The notes: generated by a model from the letters alone, not told the origin. Counted from the whole stretch's first letter, positions 1-11,108 are shown. The stretch: DNA of 56,744 nt, filler included, from Stramenopiles sp. TOSAG23-3 (GCA_900128585.1; 3 parts of 3 records of this genome joined end to end with filler, not necessarily neighbours in it), one strand, 5' to 3'. Program-made: numbers and translations.

Positions 1-297
1 GATCAATTCGTGACTATGACTAATAAAAATCATAAAAATCAAAATCGGTCGAGACCATCATTATCATTCCTACGATATTTTACCATACGATCCTGAACCC
101 AATCATAATCCTCATAACTACGTAAAATATAATACAATAATTATAGTAGGTTGGCTGACGGGACGACGGGCACCCTAGCATGCGCTGGATCTATGGACTG
201 CAAGAATGACAAGGCAGTGGCAGAGAATGCACTTAAGGCCTCCAACTACTCACGCAATAACGAAGGCATCTTAAGCAACGGAGTAGACGTGGTTTAT

Positions 298-502
298 TAT
301 TAAAAAAACAAATTATTATATATGTTTTAAGACTCTCATTTTAAATCAAATACTACTTCAAATCCAACCCTAATCCTAACTCGCTTTTTATTTGATTTTT
401 AGTTTCAGTTCGTCGTGGATGATTATTAGTCATCATCACAGAGGAATTATTTTTATTCCTAATCCAAAGAGAAGAATTATTACCAGATGATAATATTTCT
501 TT
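298..502 (+). repeat. Repeat family A, ~200-bp copy (left arm of a diverged inverted repeat)
   Basis: Aligns colinearly with the reverse complement of 1493-1736, including TATGTTTTAAGACTCTCA, ATCCAACCCTAATCCTA and AGAAGAATTATTACCAGATGATAATATTTCTTT. Confidence 0.9.
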
Positions 503-567
503 ATTATTTATTATGTATTATGTGCTGAATTATAAACCAACCGTCCACAATCGAAGCGCATATCCGT

Positions 568-1308
568 CTACTTGGCCTCACCAGTGGTAGCGACAGCTGG
601 GTTTCCCACACCAGTAGACTTGCTGTACGTGGGAAATGGAGCCTTATAAATGGTAGATGCATTTTCAAGTAGAGTGACTTCCCAGTCTGCCAAGTCAGTA
701 AAGCTGCACGTGTCCTGGGTGGGTTTGTCGCTTCCTGACACCGTTCCCTTTGAATCCTTATGCTCAAGCATACCAGGACGAGTAACAGTCCAGTCGATTG
801 ACGAATTCTTGGTCTGCAAAAAGTCGGCGATGACTTGGTTCTCTTTCAGCGAAACCTTCTCTCCGAGGCATCTCGATAAGATACAGTCACGAATGCAGCA
901 GGCCGCAAAGCAGCCTGTCTTTGGCTCCCCTTTCAGCATCGTAAATCCCCCTGCCTGAAATAGGAAACGTTTAACACCTTGCTGTTCCATGGCAGCGACG
1001 ATGTCACGTATTGATTTAGACATGAAACCGTCCATCTTACTTCCCGCCTTGGTGTGGCGAGGTACTCCAGCAAGAACAACCACGGCATCCACGCCCTGGA
1101 TGGCTTTCTTTATGTCTTCAGGATTTGTCATGTCACCTTTGAACTTTGTGAGGCCTTCAGCGTCTTCGACCTTGGAGGGCGTGCGCAGGAAGGCGACTAC
1201 TTCCCACCCAGCCTTGAGCGCTGATTGCAGGAAGTATCTGCCAGTGTTTCCGGTCCCGCCAAAGAGACAGAGTTTTCCTTTTGTTGCTGCTGCCGATGTG
1301 TCTGACAT
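568..1308 (-). CDS. NAD(P)H-binding atypical SDR, flavin reductase/biliverdin reductase B-like
   Basis: Rossmann motif LFGGTGNTG, FLRTPSK, GDMT, DWTVTRPG. First ATG at 1308. Confidence 0.85.
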   Translation of the reverse strand: MSDTSAAATKGKLCLFGGTGNTGRYFLQSALKAGWEVVAFLRTPSKVEDAEGLTKFKGDMTNPEDIKKAIQGVDAVVVLAGVPRHTKAGSKMDGFMSKSIRDIVAAMEQQGVKRFLFQAGGFTMLKGEPKTGCFAACCIRDCILSRCLGEKVSLKENQVIADFLQTKNSSIDWTVTRPGMLEHKDSKGTVSGSDKPTQDTCSFTDLADWEVTLLENASTIYKAPFPTYSKSTGVGNPAVATTGEAK

Positions 1309-1492
1309 GATGTCTGTTCTCAACTTTTGGTAGTGCTAAACTTGTGTGTATAAATAAATATGTTTTAGTTTAATCGTGGGCGATGGCTGGGAAGGACGAA
1401 GGACCGGAGTCTCCAAAGATGGTTGGTATTATCACGGATTTTGATACTGGGATTCGGGTCGCTTTGTTGAGTTCAAATCGCCTTTCACAAGA

Positions 1493-1736
1493 AAAGAAAT
1501 ATTATCATCTGGTAATAATTCTTCTTTCTCATTTTGGAATAAAAATAATACCTCTGCTGTGATTATAGTAATACTGCTGACAACCATCAACGACGAAATT
1601 AAGAAGAAATTAAAAAATCAAATAAAAAATCAAGATAACTAGGATTAGGGTTGGATCTGAAATAATAGTAATTGATTTAAATTGAGAGTCTTAAAACATA
1701 CTACAGTATAGACACTATATATTTTGTTTTTTATTA
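1493..1736 (-). repeat. Repeat family A, ~240-bp copy (right arm)
   Basis: Reverse complement of 298-502 with small indels. Confidence 0.9.
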
Positions 1737-2552
1737 TAGTAGGATTAGTACCCTCCTATCTTGATGAATTTTTGTAGTTCGTGGGAGGATGATTTTATTT
1801 ATTTTAATAGGCATATTGGTAGTCTAGTAAGTAGAATACATGGTAGAATAAAAAAACAATCCATAATTAAACTATATAGACTAGCGACCTTTTAAATTAT
1901 ATCTTATTTTTCGTATTCCTATTTAGATTCGTAAAATAAGATTCATAGTAATACTTTGAGACCCAACATGGTTCTAAAAAGCGCAAATAAAAATAATTTA
2001 TTCGTTGAGAGTTGAGAAGAATATGAAATCCTTCATTCATTCATTCATAATGAAGAATTATTAGTAGTCTATATTTTAAGGAACATGAATTTTAAATCCC
2101 ATATTTATCACTTTCTATCATACATTATTTATAGTTGACAACAGTTTTAGCAAAAAACAAAATATTATTTATTTACTGATATAATTCCTTATTAATTGTC
2201 GATTGTACAGGAGGGTGTACGTTGGGGGGTCGAACGTTTCTATTATATTTTATTTAATAAAAAATATATAAAAATAATTACTTGTTATATTCCCCTTCTT
2301 ATTGTAACGTTATTATTATTATATGAAGAAAAAGTACAACACATCAACTAAAAAAATGCATTTTTATTATCGTTTCCGGTCCGAACGTACTTTATGTGAA
2401 GGCAATGATAAATGATAAACAATACCGGGATATTTTTCCTTCGTTCTTCTTCTTTACTCGTATATAACTGACCAATTTCAAGGTGGGAACGTTTGTTTAC
2501 CTCAAAAGATTTTGCCACGTAATATTTTGGAACCAATTTCTCTCCTCCGACC

Positions 2553-4687
2553 ATGTCCAATTACAGCGTTGGGGAAGACAAAGATGTGGACTTAGAATCC
2601 TTGGCAGTAGACGATGCCGTAGCTTTTGCCGATCCGGGTCGTGCGAGGATTCCGGCCGATGCAAAGTGTATTGTAGACCCAAAAGGGGATTTTCAAGGCA
2701 ACTGGGACCTTGTGATGGTCGCCTGCTTGATGTTTACGGCAATAGTCACCCCATTTGAGGTAGCATACATTGAGCCCGCATTTAACGGCTTGTTCATCAT
2801 CAACCGTCTCGTTGATCTCCTCTTTTTAATTGACTTAATCTGTCAATTCTTTACTCCCTTTTACAACGGGAAGATGGGGGGGTATGTAATTGGGAAGGGT
2901 CAGATTGCAAAACACTACTTAATGGGGTGGTTCACGATCGATTTCGTGTCCATCCTTCCATTCGACTCTGTCGGTATGTTGCTGCAGAATGAGACGGTCA
3001 ATCAGCTGAAAATATTTCGTATCGTACGCTTGGCACGTTTGCTAAAGCTCCTGCGCGTACTTAAAGGTTCGCGCATATTCAAACGCTGGCAATCCCGCAT
3101 TGGAATGCAGCACTCTACCATGACGATGTGGAAGTATTTGATTACCGTCTTTGCTCTGTGCCATTGGCTGGCGTGCTTATGGTGGATTGTTATCGGTATC
3201 GATGATCAAACGGAACAGAAGTTCACCAGCATTTATGATGATGGGGTTGGGATGTGGAAAGTGACCAACATCACGGAAACAGTTCCACTTTCTTGGGCAA
3301 CGGGGTACGGCATGGGCACAAACGAACAGTGGGAGCAGTACCTGACCTCGGTGTACTGGTCGTGCATGACCGTAACGACCATTGGGTACGGGGACGTGAC
3401 CCCAAAGACAAACGCAGAGCGGGGCGTTGCGATATTCGGAATGTGCGTCGGTGCAGCTGCTTATGCGTTTATCGTTGGTAATATCTGTGGAATTATTGCT
3501 ACCATGGACCAAGCAACGACTGAGTTCAACGCCACGCTGGACGATTTGAACTTGTACATGGCAGAAAACAGGATTCCTCCAGAGATGCGCATTCGACTTC
3601 GCGAGTATTTCATGTACTGCAAAGGGATGCAGCGCCAAGAATATTACAAGGAACTCCTGGTGAAAATGTCGCCCGCTCTGCGTGGTGAGGTGTGCGTGTT
3701 TATAAATAAAACGTGGATCAACAGCGTGCCTTTCTTCAGTCGAAGGGGGAAGCTGGCCGCAAAGATCGGAGAAGACGAACACCGCCTCTTCATCACTGCC
3801 GTAGCAATGAAACTCACCCCGGCAGCATACGCACCCCAAGAAGTCCTCGTCCACATTGGGGAGCGAGCAGAAACGATGTTTATTATGCAGCGTGGGGTTG
3901 TCGCGAAGAAAGGTCAAATTATTGCAAGTGGAAAATATTTCGGAGAAGACATCATCCTGAAGTCTGACCGCCGAGCATACATGGTGCGTGCGTTGACGTT
4001 TGTCGATGCATTTTGTCTGACAAAGACCAGTTTGCGAGAGATCATGAACCAGGCGAGTTTCCCTGGGGTTGCGCAACAACTCCGGCGGGCGCGCTCTGCG
4101 AATCCTTTCGGCAAAGCTTTGTGCGCTTGGCAAAAATATCTGCGGGATTCGGGGGGAGCATTAGTCATAACTTGGACGCTGCTGCCGAGCAGGAAAAGAA
4201 CGCGCGGAGAGTCCATCGAACAAATGCATTCACTGGGTCTAGACCTTCCAGTGCGACCCAGACCGAACGCCCAACCGAAATGTACGTGCAAGAGTTGGAC
4301 GAACAGAAACACCAATCGGTAAGTATCAGCCCACAGAGTGGGCGCATGGTCCCCGTTGCGCATACTGCACCTCATACGCCGCATACGCCGCACTCTCAAG
4401 CGCCCAGTTCAAGTCAGCTGTCCCGATCTCGAGGAGGAAAAGTGGCTCGGTCGGGAGGACGGTCCAAACCCCCTCGTATCTTAGAGATGTTACAAAGTAG
4501 ACACGATGAATTGGTGCAAGCAATTGCGCAGGTTTCCCACCGATCCGACAAACGTGCCGATATGCTGGCCGAGCGGGTAGAAGACGTGTCGAATAAGAAA
4601 GTTTTGTTATTGACAATAATGTGCATGATTCTGAGCGGTATTTGCATTGGACTCTTGGTCAGCAATGGGCAGAAATGTTCCTCATAA
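2553..4687 (+). CDS. Cyclic-nucleotide-binding-domain K+ channel (KCNH/HCN-like), with apparent frameshift near 4090
   Basis: S1-S6 helices, S4 RIVRLARLLKLLRVLK, pore TVTTIGYGD, C-linker and CNBD (YFGE...R...VRALT). After AQQLRRA the sensible sequence continues in the 4013..4687 frame. Confidence 0.85.
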
Positions 4688-5182
4688 AAATTGTTAAGAT
4701 AGTAATAAATCATAAAATCACTTTTACTAACTACTAAGCACTAACGAACTGAGTATTTCGTACATTATACGAAGTATATTTATTAACTTCGAAATATTGG
4801 ATTCTTTGTGTTCACGTTTGTGTTAGGGTTTGGAGATTTGTCTCTCGCCAACGAGAGAACGAGAGCAAAATTTAAACTCCCCCCTCCTGTCTCCGTCCTA
4901 CTGTACTACTAGTATCTAATATTAGCTAATATAATGCTGCTGCTTCTTCTTGTCAATTTGTTGTTTTGTCGAGAAAAGTTATTAGTACGTAGTAGTCGGT
5001 ACGAAATTTTCAATAAAATATATCTATCTTCTAAGTGTTTCTCTACATCGAACCGTTTGGATATAAGCGTGCAAATTGGTTCATTAGCGATGTGCAGTAT
5101 CGCGAAGGATTCGTTTACTGCCTGAACGATTCCATTGCACTCGTATCCATCGGCTCGGCGCGATTCCTGTTCACAAGTTTCA

Positions 5183-5431
5183 ATGTTAAATCTCCTGGAG
5201 CCTGGTTCCACCCCTTTGGTAGTCTATCGTATCTTTCAACTGTCGACGGTTCTTTTGTTTCTCCTGTTGGTATTTTTGTACCTTACCGGGCTTGTTGCCA
5301 ACGTACACTTGATCGTATTGTCTGTTTTGGGACTGGGCCTTGTTGGGAGCGTAACATTTGTAGTGGGTGAACTCGGGCTGGAGGCAACGCCAGAACAGCG
5401 AAAGGAGATCGAGAAGAAAAAGGACAAGTAA
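5183..5431 (+). CDS. PKR1: ER V-ATPase assembly factor Pkr1-like (82 aa)
   Basis: EPGSTP, TM helix, NVHLIVLSVLGLGLVGSVTFVVGEL match the recalled Pkr1 pattern (EPGTSP...NIHF...W.INEL). ATG at 5183. Confidence 0.75.
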   Translation: MLNLLEPGSTPLVVYRIFQLSTVLLFLLLVFLYLTGLVANVHLIVLSVLGLGLVGSVTFVVGELGLEATPEQRKEIEKKKDK

Positions 5432-5438
5432 ACCCCAC

Positions 5439-5741
5439 ATGCCTGGGCCAGAACAGTTTAGTAAGCACCAAAGATCGTTGTTTTCCTTGTATCGCCATAC
5501 GATCCGAGTGGCCAGATCGTTTCCGGACATTGTACCTCCTCAGATCAAAGAGAAGTTCGAATACAACGTCAACTGGGCGTTTAGAACATACCGCGACGAG
5601 CCAGACCTGGAGGAGGCAAAAAGGCTTCTGGAAAGAGGAAGAAAGGCGGTCGAAGGGTTCGAAGTTCTGGCTGAATCCGAACCTGAGGTATTGGAGCACT
5701 TCTTGCGGAAGAAGGTACCGATTAGGGACCAGAAGAAATGA
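5439..5741 (+). CDS. LYR-motif (Complex1_LYR) protein
   Basis: SLYRHTIRVARSFP...AFRTYRDEPDLEEAKRLLERG fits the LYRM pattern. ATG at 5439. Confidence 0.8.
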   Translation: MPGPEQFSKHQRSLFSLYRHTIRVARSFPDIVPPQIKEKFEYNVNWAFRTYRDEPDLEEAKRLLERGRKAVEGFEVLAESEPEVLEHFLRKKVPIRDQKK

Positions 5742-6589
5742 CGTCTCTTGTTGTGGGTGACCCAAGCGACCAGGGCGCATTAAATAGCGGTGCCCCCTCG
5801 GGAAAGTACGACCCCGTGAAAGACGTGTTTTTGCGCATCAACCATTTTATTTCATCGTTTACCCCCAATGACTACGATGCGACGAAGCTTGAGTTTGCGG
5901 TCCACGCGGAAATTCGCGGCATCATTCAGCGGTACGGGAAGGTACAGGAAGAAAACGAGCTGTGCAAGAATCTCCTGGTAGAATTGAGGCAACACCTCGT
6001 GATGATCCAAACGGAAAAAAGCGTGATGCGAACCCAATATGAAAAGGACGCGGAGTTCTTGGCGTTGGAAAACAAGCGATTGGAAAAGTTGTTGAAGCAA
6101 GAGCAGGTGCGCAGCGAGTCTTTGGAGACTCAGCTCAAGTCCCAGGACCACCTGTTGAAAGAGTGGAAAGCTCGTGACTCCAACTTGCAGCGTGTGCAAG
6201 AGGCGAAAGAGTACGCGAACGACGAATGGAATCGCCAGAAGGATGTGGATTGGATGAAAAAGGTAGACGATCTCGAGCAGAAAATTGCGGGACTGACGTT
6301 GGCCCTGACCAAAGAGAAAACAAAACGCACCGTGCTGGAGGAACAAATGAATTCGGACGAAAGCAAGAACTTGATGGAGGCGAGCCTGAGGCGCCGCCTC
6401 CAAGTCACCCAGGACCGGTTAAGCTCGGAGACGGAGTCCAGCGCCCAAAACGAAAAGCATTGGCAACGATTGCTAACCGACCGTGTAGGCGAAATACGAA
6501 GCGAGTACGATGAAAAACTCCAACATTACGAAGGAACCATCCTTCGTATGCAAAGAGAAATTCAACTAATGAAAAAGCTTTGCGATTAA
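5738..6589 (+). CDS. Coiled-coil hypothetical protein
   Basis: 283-aa ORF with E/K/L/Q heptad composition and coding-like GC. ATG overlaps the upstream stop (ATGA). Confidence 0.75.
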   Translation: MTSLVVGDPSDQGALNSGAPSGKYDPVKDVFLRINHFISSFTPNDYDATKLEFAVHAEIRGIIQRYGKVQEENELCKNLLVELRQHLVMIQTEKSVMRTQYEKDAEFLALENKRLEKLLKQEQVRSESLETQLKSQDHLLKEWKARDSNLQRVQEAKEYANDEWNRQKDVDWMKKVDDLEQKIAGLTLALTKEKTKRTVLEEQMNSDESKNLMEASLRRRLQVTQDRLSSETESSAQNEKHWQRLLTDRVGEIRSEYDEKLQHYEGTILRMQREIQLMKKLCD

Positions 6590-7344
6590 CATCATTGGAT
6601 ATTTTTTACCTGGTAGGCAAATGTACTCCTAAAAGAAAATAGAGGTAAAAAATATAATAATAAGAAAAAAAAGAAATATAATAATATAATACTCGAGAGG
6701 CCCTCGGTTGCTCCTTTGATAGGATGAACACGTACTGTATTGGTACTGAAGTACAAAAAACAAAAAAGTGTAGTAAAAAAACAACGAATATTTATTTAAA
6801 CCTCCTTGAATATGAACTACGAGGATTAATAATCGCGTGCCTCCTTATTTTCATACTTCAATAGAATATTCGATTGTATATATTATATTCATAGGTACAT
6901 AGAATACGCAAATACCGTAATAAGTACCTACACCACCACCGTAGTTAGTCTAATTAAAAAAAATTAAAAATTTCATTCTTATTTGTTGTTGTTTGTTATT
7001 AAACACTATTTATTTTATTATTATTATAAATTTAAAAAATGGTCGTCCATAGTAATACGACTAAACAAATAATATTAATATACTTGGTAGTAGTATAAAA
7101 AAACAAAAATTTATTATTTTACTAATAATAATAAAGAAGCGGCGGTAGGTGGTAATAAAAATACAACAAACAACTAATACAAAGATGTTTGGCATTATTA
7201 TTCATGTTGATTAAAGAATGAATGATCAAGTGTGGGAATTGGAACGAGCAATTGAAACTGTTACTACAAGTGGGAAATTACATAACAGATTGCGTACCGA
7301 CAAGCGTTTGTATTATTTATTTGTTTCTGGAACCGTGTGAAAGA

Positions 7345-9015
7345 ATGCCAACAACGAGACGTCGTGCGACGTCCAAGAAACGTGCCGCTGCCAAGTCGCC
7401 CAAAGCGGCGGCGAAGCGAAAGAGTACCCGTTCCAAAAAGAAGGCTGCGGCGAAGAAGAGGACTGCATCAAAGCCTCGCGTAACGAATGCAGTGGCCGCT
7501 GCGGCGAAGCCCGTCGCAAAATCTCCCCACGCGGGCAAGGTGGACGGTCCCATAAAGTTCTCGGCGCCCCGAGGGCACCTGGAAATTCCGATTTTCGTCG
7601 CCGTCACGACCTACTTTGGCTACGCCATTCTTACCCTGTTTGGAAAAATTCGCGATTTTTTTGCGTCCCTGACGGGCACTGGAAGATACTATGGGAAGTC
7701 ACGCAAGGATGGGGTTGCGCCACTGATTAACAAGACTGAGAATTTTTACGACCGGCGCATGTACCACCGTATTCAAGACGTGTTCAACCGCCCAATCACG
7801 GGGCCACCCGGTGCGGGGAAAATGAAGGTGTTGGAGCGCGAGAGCACAGACTCTAACTTTAGCTTCAAGCAGACTGGGAACGAGCTGGACGTGGTCAATT
7901 TCGGGTCGTACAACTATTTGGGCTTCGCGGACGACTGGCAGGAGACTTGCGCCGCCGAAGTCTTGGAAAGTTTTGACGACTTCGGGGTTGGCCTTTGCTC
8001 CGCCCCAGCCGACGCGGGGTTCTGCAAGTACCACGTTCAACTGGAGAACATGATGGCTGAGTTTTTGGACAAAGAAGCCTGCATCGTGTACAACATGGGG
8101 TACGGGACAAATGCGACCACGATCCCTGCGCTCATGGGGAAGGGGTGCTTGGTTGTGAGTGATAGCCTGAACCACACCTCCCTCGTCAATGGAATCCGGG
8201 CGAGCGGGAGTACCGTCCGCGTCTTCAAGCACGATGACGCGTCGCATTTGGAGCAAGTGTTGCGAAAATCCATCGTGGAGGGCCAGCCCAACCGTAACCG
8301 GCCCTGGCGAAAAATCCTTGTCGTGTGCGAAGGGGTGTACAGCATGGAAGGAGAGATTTCACACTTGAAAGAGATCGTGCAGGTGTGCAAAAAGTACCGC
8401 GCGTACGTCTACTTGGACGAAGCGCACAGCATCGGGGCGATGGGACCGACTGGGCGTGGGATCACGGAGCACGCAGGGGTAGACACGGCCGACATCGACA
8501 TAATGATGGGAACATTTACAAAATCGTTTGGCGGCATGGGCGGATACATTGTCGGCTCGAAAGATTTGATCAATCACTTGCGGGAGAACGCTGGCGGGAG
8601 CGTCTACGGAATGTCCATGGCCCCTGCCATCTGCAAACAGATCATCCGGGCCCTCGAAATCATCATGCACGAGAAGGTTGGCCAGAAGAAAATTAAGGCG
8701 CTGAAAGACAATTCCAACTACTTTCGCGATGGGCTGACGAAACTAGGGCTCCAAGTGCTAGGGGACTACGATAGCCCGGTCATGCCCATACTGCTGTACA
8801 ACCCAACAAAAATTGCTGCGTTCTCGAGAGAGTGCTTGAAGAGAGGCCTGGCCGTAGTTTCCGTCGGCTTTCCTGCAACACCAGTGATATCCAGCCGCGC
8901 TCGTTTCTGTGTAAGCGCAGGGCACACGAAAGAAAACTTAGATTTCGCTTTAAAAGTCATCGACGAGGTGGCGGAATTTATGAACCTGAGATATGCCAGA
9001 AGCTGGAGCGGGTAA
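7345..9015 (+). CDS. LCB2: Serine palmitoyltransferase catalytic subunit
   Basis: FGSYNYLGFA, SDSLNHTS, EGVYSMEG, DEAHSIGA, PLP lysine GTFTKSFG, SRARFCVSAGH. Confidence 0.95.
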   Translation: MPTTRRRATSKKRAAAKSPKAAAKRKSTRSKKKAAAKKRTASKPRVTNAVAAAAKPVAKSPHAGKVDGPIKFSAPRGHLEIPIFVAVTTYFGYAILTLFGKIRDFFASLTGTGRYYGKSRKDGVAPLINKTENFYDRRMYHRIQDVFNRPITGPPGAGKMKVLERESTDSNFSFKQTGNELDVVNFGSYNYLGFADDWQETCAAEVLESFDDFGVGLCSAPADAGFCKYHVQLENMMAEFLDKEACIVYNMGYGTNATTIPALMGKGCLVVSDSLNHTSLVNGIRASGSTVRVFKHDDASHLEQVLRKSIVEGQPNRNRPWRKILVVCEGVYSMEGEISHLKEIVQVCKKYRAYVYLDEAHSIGAMGPTGRGITEHAGVDTADIDIMMGTFTKSFGGMGGYIVGSKDLINHLRENAGGSVYGMSMAPAICKQIIRALEIIMHEKVGQKKIKALKDNSNYFRDGLTKLGLQVLGDYDSPVMPILLYNPTKIAAFSRECLKRGLAVVSVGFPATPVISSRARFCVSAGHTKENLDFALKVIDEVAEFMNLRYARSWSG

Positions 9016-9325
9016 TGGAGTGTATAGTACGAAGTGTTTACACGCGCGTAATACAAAAAACAAATTTTATGAAAAACAAAATATATAGTATCTTATGTTT
9101 TAAGGATCAAGTCTCTAGTTTTTATGTATACACAAAGTAAAATTAATCTTAAAATATGTGAACTTATCGAACTGATTTTGAAAAACGTATGCATACAAAT
9201 ACTACAAACTCTGCATGCACGCGCGTACCTTATCTAAAGCCCACGATTTAAAATGAGAGTCTTAAAACATACTATATAATTTGTTTTTTTCTAAAGCCCA
9301 CTCTTTAAGTCGGGACAACATATCA

Positions 9326-10087
9326 TCAGACCGTCATACCACCATCGATCCCGATTACTTGCCCAGTGATGTAACTCGACAATGAAGAGTTGCACAAAAA
9401 CCCAACCAAGTTGGCAACGTCCTCGGCTTCACCGAACCGATTCAATGGTATTCGCTTCGATCCAATAATGCCATCCACGTCCATTCCAGCAGTCATCTCC
9501 GTGTGTATGTAGCCCGGCTCAATCATATTTACGCGGATGCTCCGCGGCCCTACTTCTTTGGCCAACGAACGGGTAAACCCAAGGAGGCCACTCTTCGACG
9601 CGGAGTACACGCTTTGGCCAACATTGCCCTGCGATCCAATGATGCTGCCGACGTTGACTATCGAGCCGTGGGTCACCCTGTTCTTCACCATGCTCTTAAC
9701 GGCAATTCTCGACGCTTGTATTGTACCAACGAGGTTGGTTTGAATCATGCTTTGCACGTGAGCATCCTTTGCTCGCAGCAACAAAGAGTCCTGTGCAATG
9801 CCGGCGCAGTTCACCAAACAGTCTATATGGTACGGTGATAGCGCGCCTTCCAGCTCATCCGCCTCTGCAACATCACACGGTTCAAAAGATATGGCCACGT
9901 TTTCAAAACTTCCACCCTTTTCATTTTTTAAAGCTTTCATAGCCTCCATCCCTGCGGCTTCATCCCTCCCAACAACGACAAGGTTGCGCGCCGAAGAACT
10001 CGCACCCAACTGCCGTAACAAAACCCTGCACGCTGCAAGCCCAATGCCCCGAGTCCCACCCGTCACTACCGTCGTTGGAACTGACAT
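9326..10087 (-). CDS. 3-oxoacyl-ACP reductase (FabG/CBR4-like SDR)
   Basis: TGGTRGIG, NCAGI, GNVGQSVYSASKSG, YITGQVIGIDGG. Confidence 0.9.
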   Translation of the reverse strand: MSVPTTVVTGGTRGIGLAACRVLLRQLGASSSARNLVVVGRDEAAGMEAMKALKNEKGGSFENVAISFEPCDVAEADELEGALSPYHIDCLVNCAGIAQDSLLLRAKDAHVQSMIQTNLVGTIQASRIAVKSMVKNRVTHGSIVNVGSIIGSQGNVGQSVYSASKSGLLGFTRSLAKEVGPRSIRVNMIEPGYIHTEMTAGMDVDGIIGSKRIPLNRFGEAEDVANLVGFLCNSSLSSYITGQVIGIDGGMTV

Positions 10088-10264
10088 CTTTAAGCTAACT
10101 GTTTCGTTCCTCCTATGACACAAACTCTAACCTTGCATCATGACTGGATTTTCATTATTTAAAATACATCCTACACCAGTCAAACACTTCGTAACAATTT
10201 TACATTTTTACATCTTAAAACATACTGTAAAAGATACGAGTCTAATAAAATATTCTTCTTTTTT

Positions 10265-10298
<34 letters not shown>

Positions 10299-10942
10299 GA
10301 GAAGAAAAAGAAGTGTCTCGTGTTTATCAAAACTTGATCTTAATATCCTTAATATTAATATACCTTAAATGAAATCTCCAAAACACTTCCACCAACCAAT
10401 TTGTTTGTTTTTATATTTTTCTTATTTCTACAGTATTTATTTTATTATTTATAATTATATTATTTTAAGAAGAAGATCTTGAGATCAGTATAAATATTTC
10501 TATACTAATAAATGCTAAAAAATGAATAATATTTCTATTTATAATTATAAATAAATAAGACGACTAGAAGATAGAAGATATTTTAGCGAAAAATGATCGA
10601 ATCAACTACGTAGTCTAGACTAGTACCGGTATAACAAGAGAGAGAACAGGGCGTCTAATTAGACTATTAAAAATGAAATACCTTTGATAGAATAGAAGAG
10701 CGCTTGCTTTGTTGAGCTAAGTTTCTGAGTTTCTGAGCTTCCAAGTTCCAAGCAAGCAGATCCAACCAACCAAATTCTTTCTTGTACTTTCCTGTTATAA
10801 TATGTGACCGGTATCTAAAATTGCTTCGTTTATTATCTCAACCTATGGATTCCTATGGTATGATGGGTACCGTACATTTTATTAATTAAAAAAAAAGAAA
10901 GAAATTTTGTTGTTGTTCTTTGTTTGTTGGTAGTAAAGCTGT

Positions 10943-10953
10943 AGAAGAAGAAG

Positions 10954-10983
<30 letters not shown>
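10943..10983 (+). repeat. (GAA)n microsatellite
   Basis: Pure GAA run. Similar tracts at ~18964-19000, ~27555-27636, ~45193-45445 and TTC-rich at ~39220-39300. Confidence 0.95.
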
Positions 10984-10985
<2 letters not shown>

Positions 10986-11108
10986 CGGTAGTACGGTAGA
11001 ACCGTACCGAATTGGATTGAAGAAAGGAAAGAAGAATGTATTTGGTGAAAGTGCATCCTGCTCACTTTTCTCTTTCTTTTGAAAATAGTGAAACATTAGC
11101 GTCAGAAG

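Noticed and set aside
3177-4133. 318-aa antisense ORF and similar shadow ORFs inside genes
   Set aside because: Antisense to well-supported genes, with no motifs.
6715-6755. GGATGA...CTGA as an isolated C/D snoRNA
   Set aside because: Too short, and no recognisable guide.
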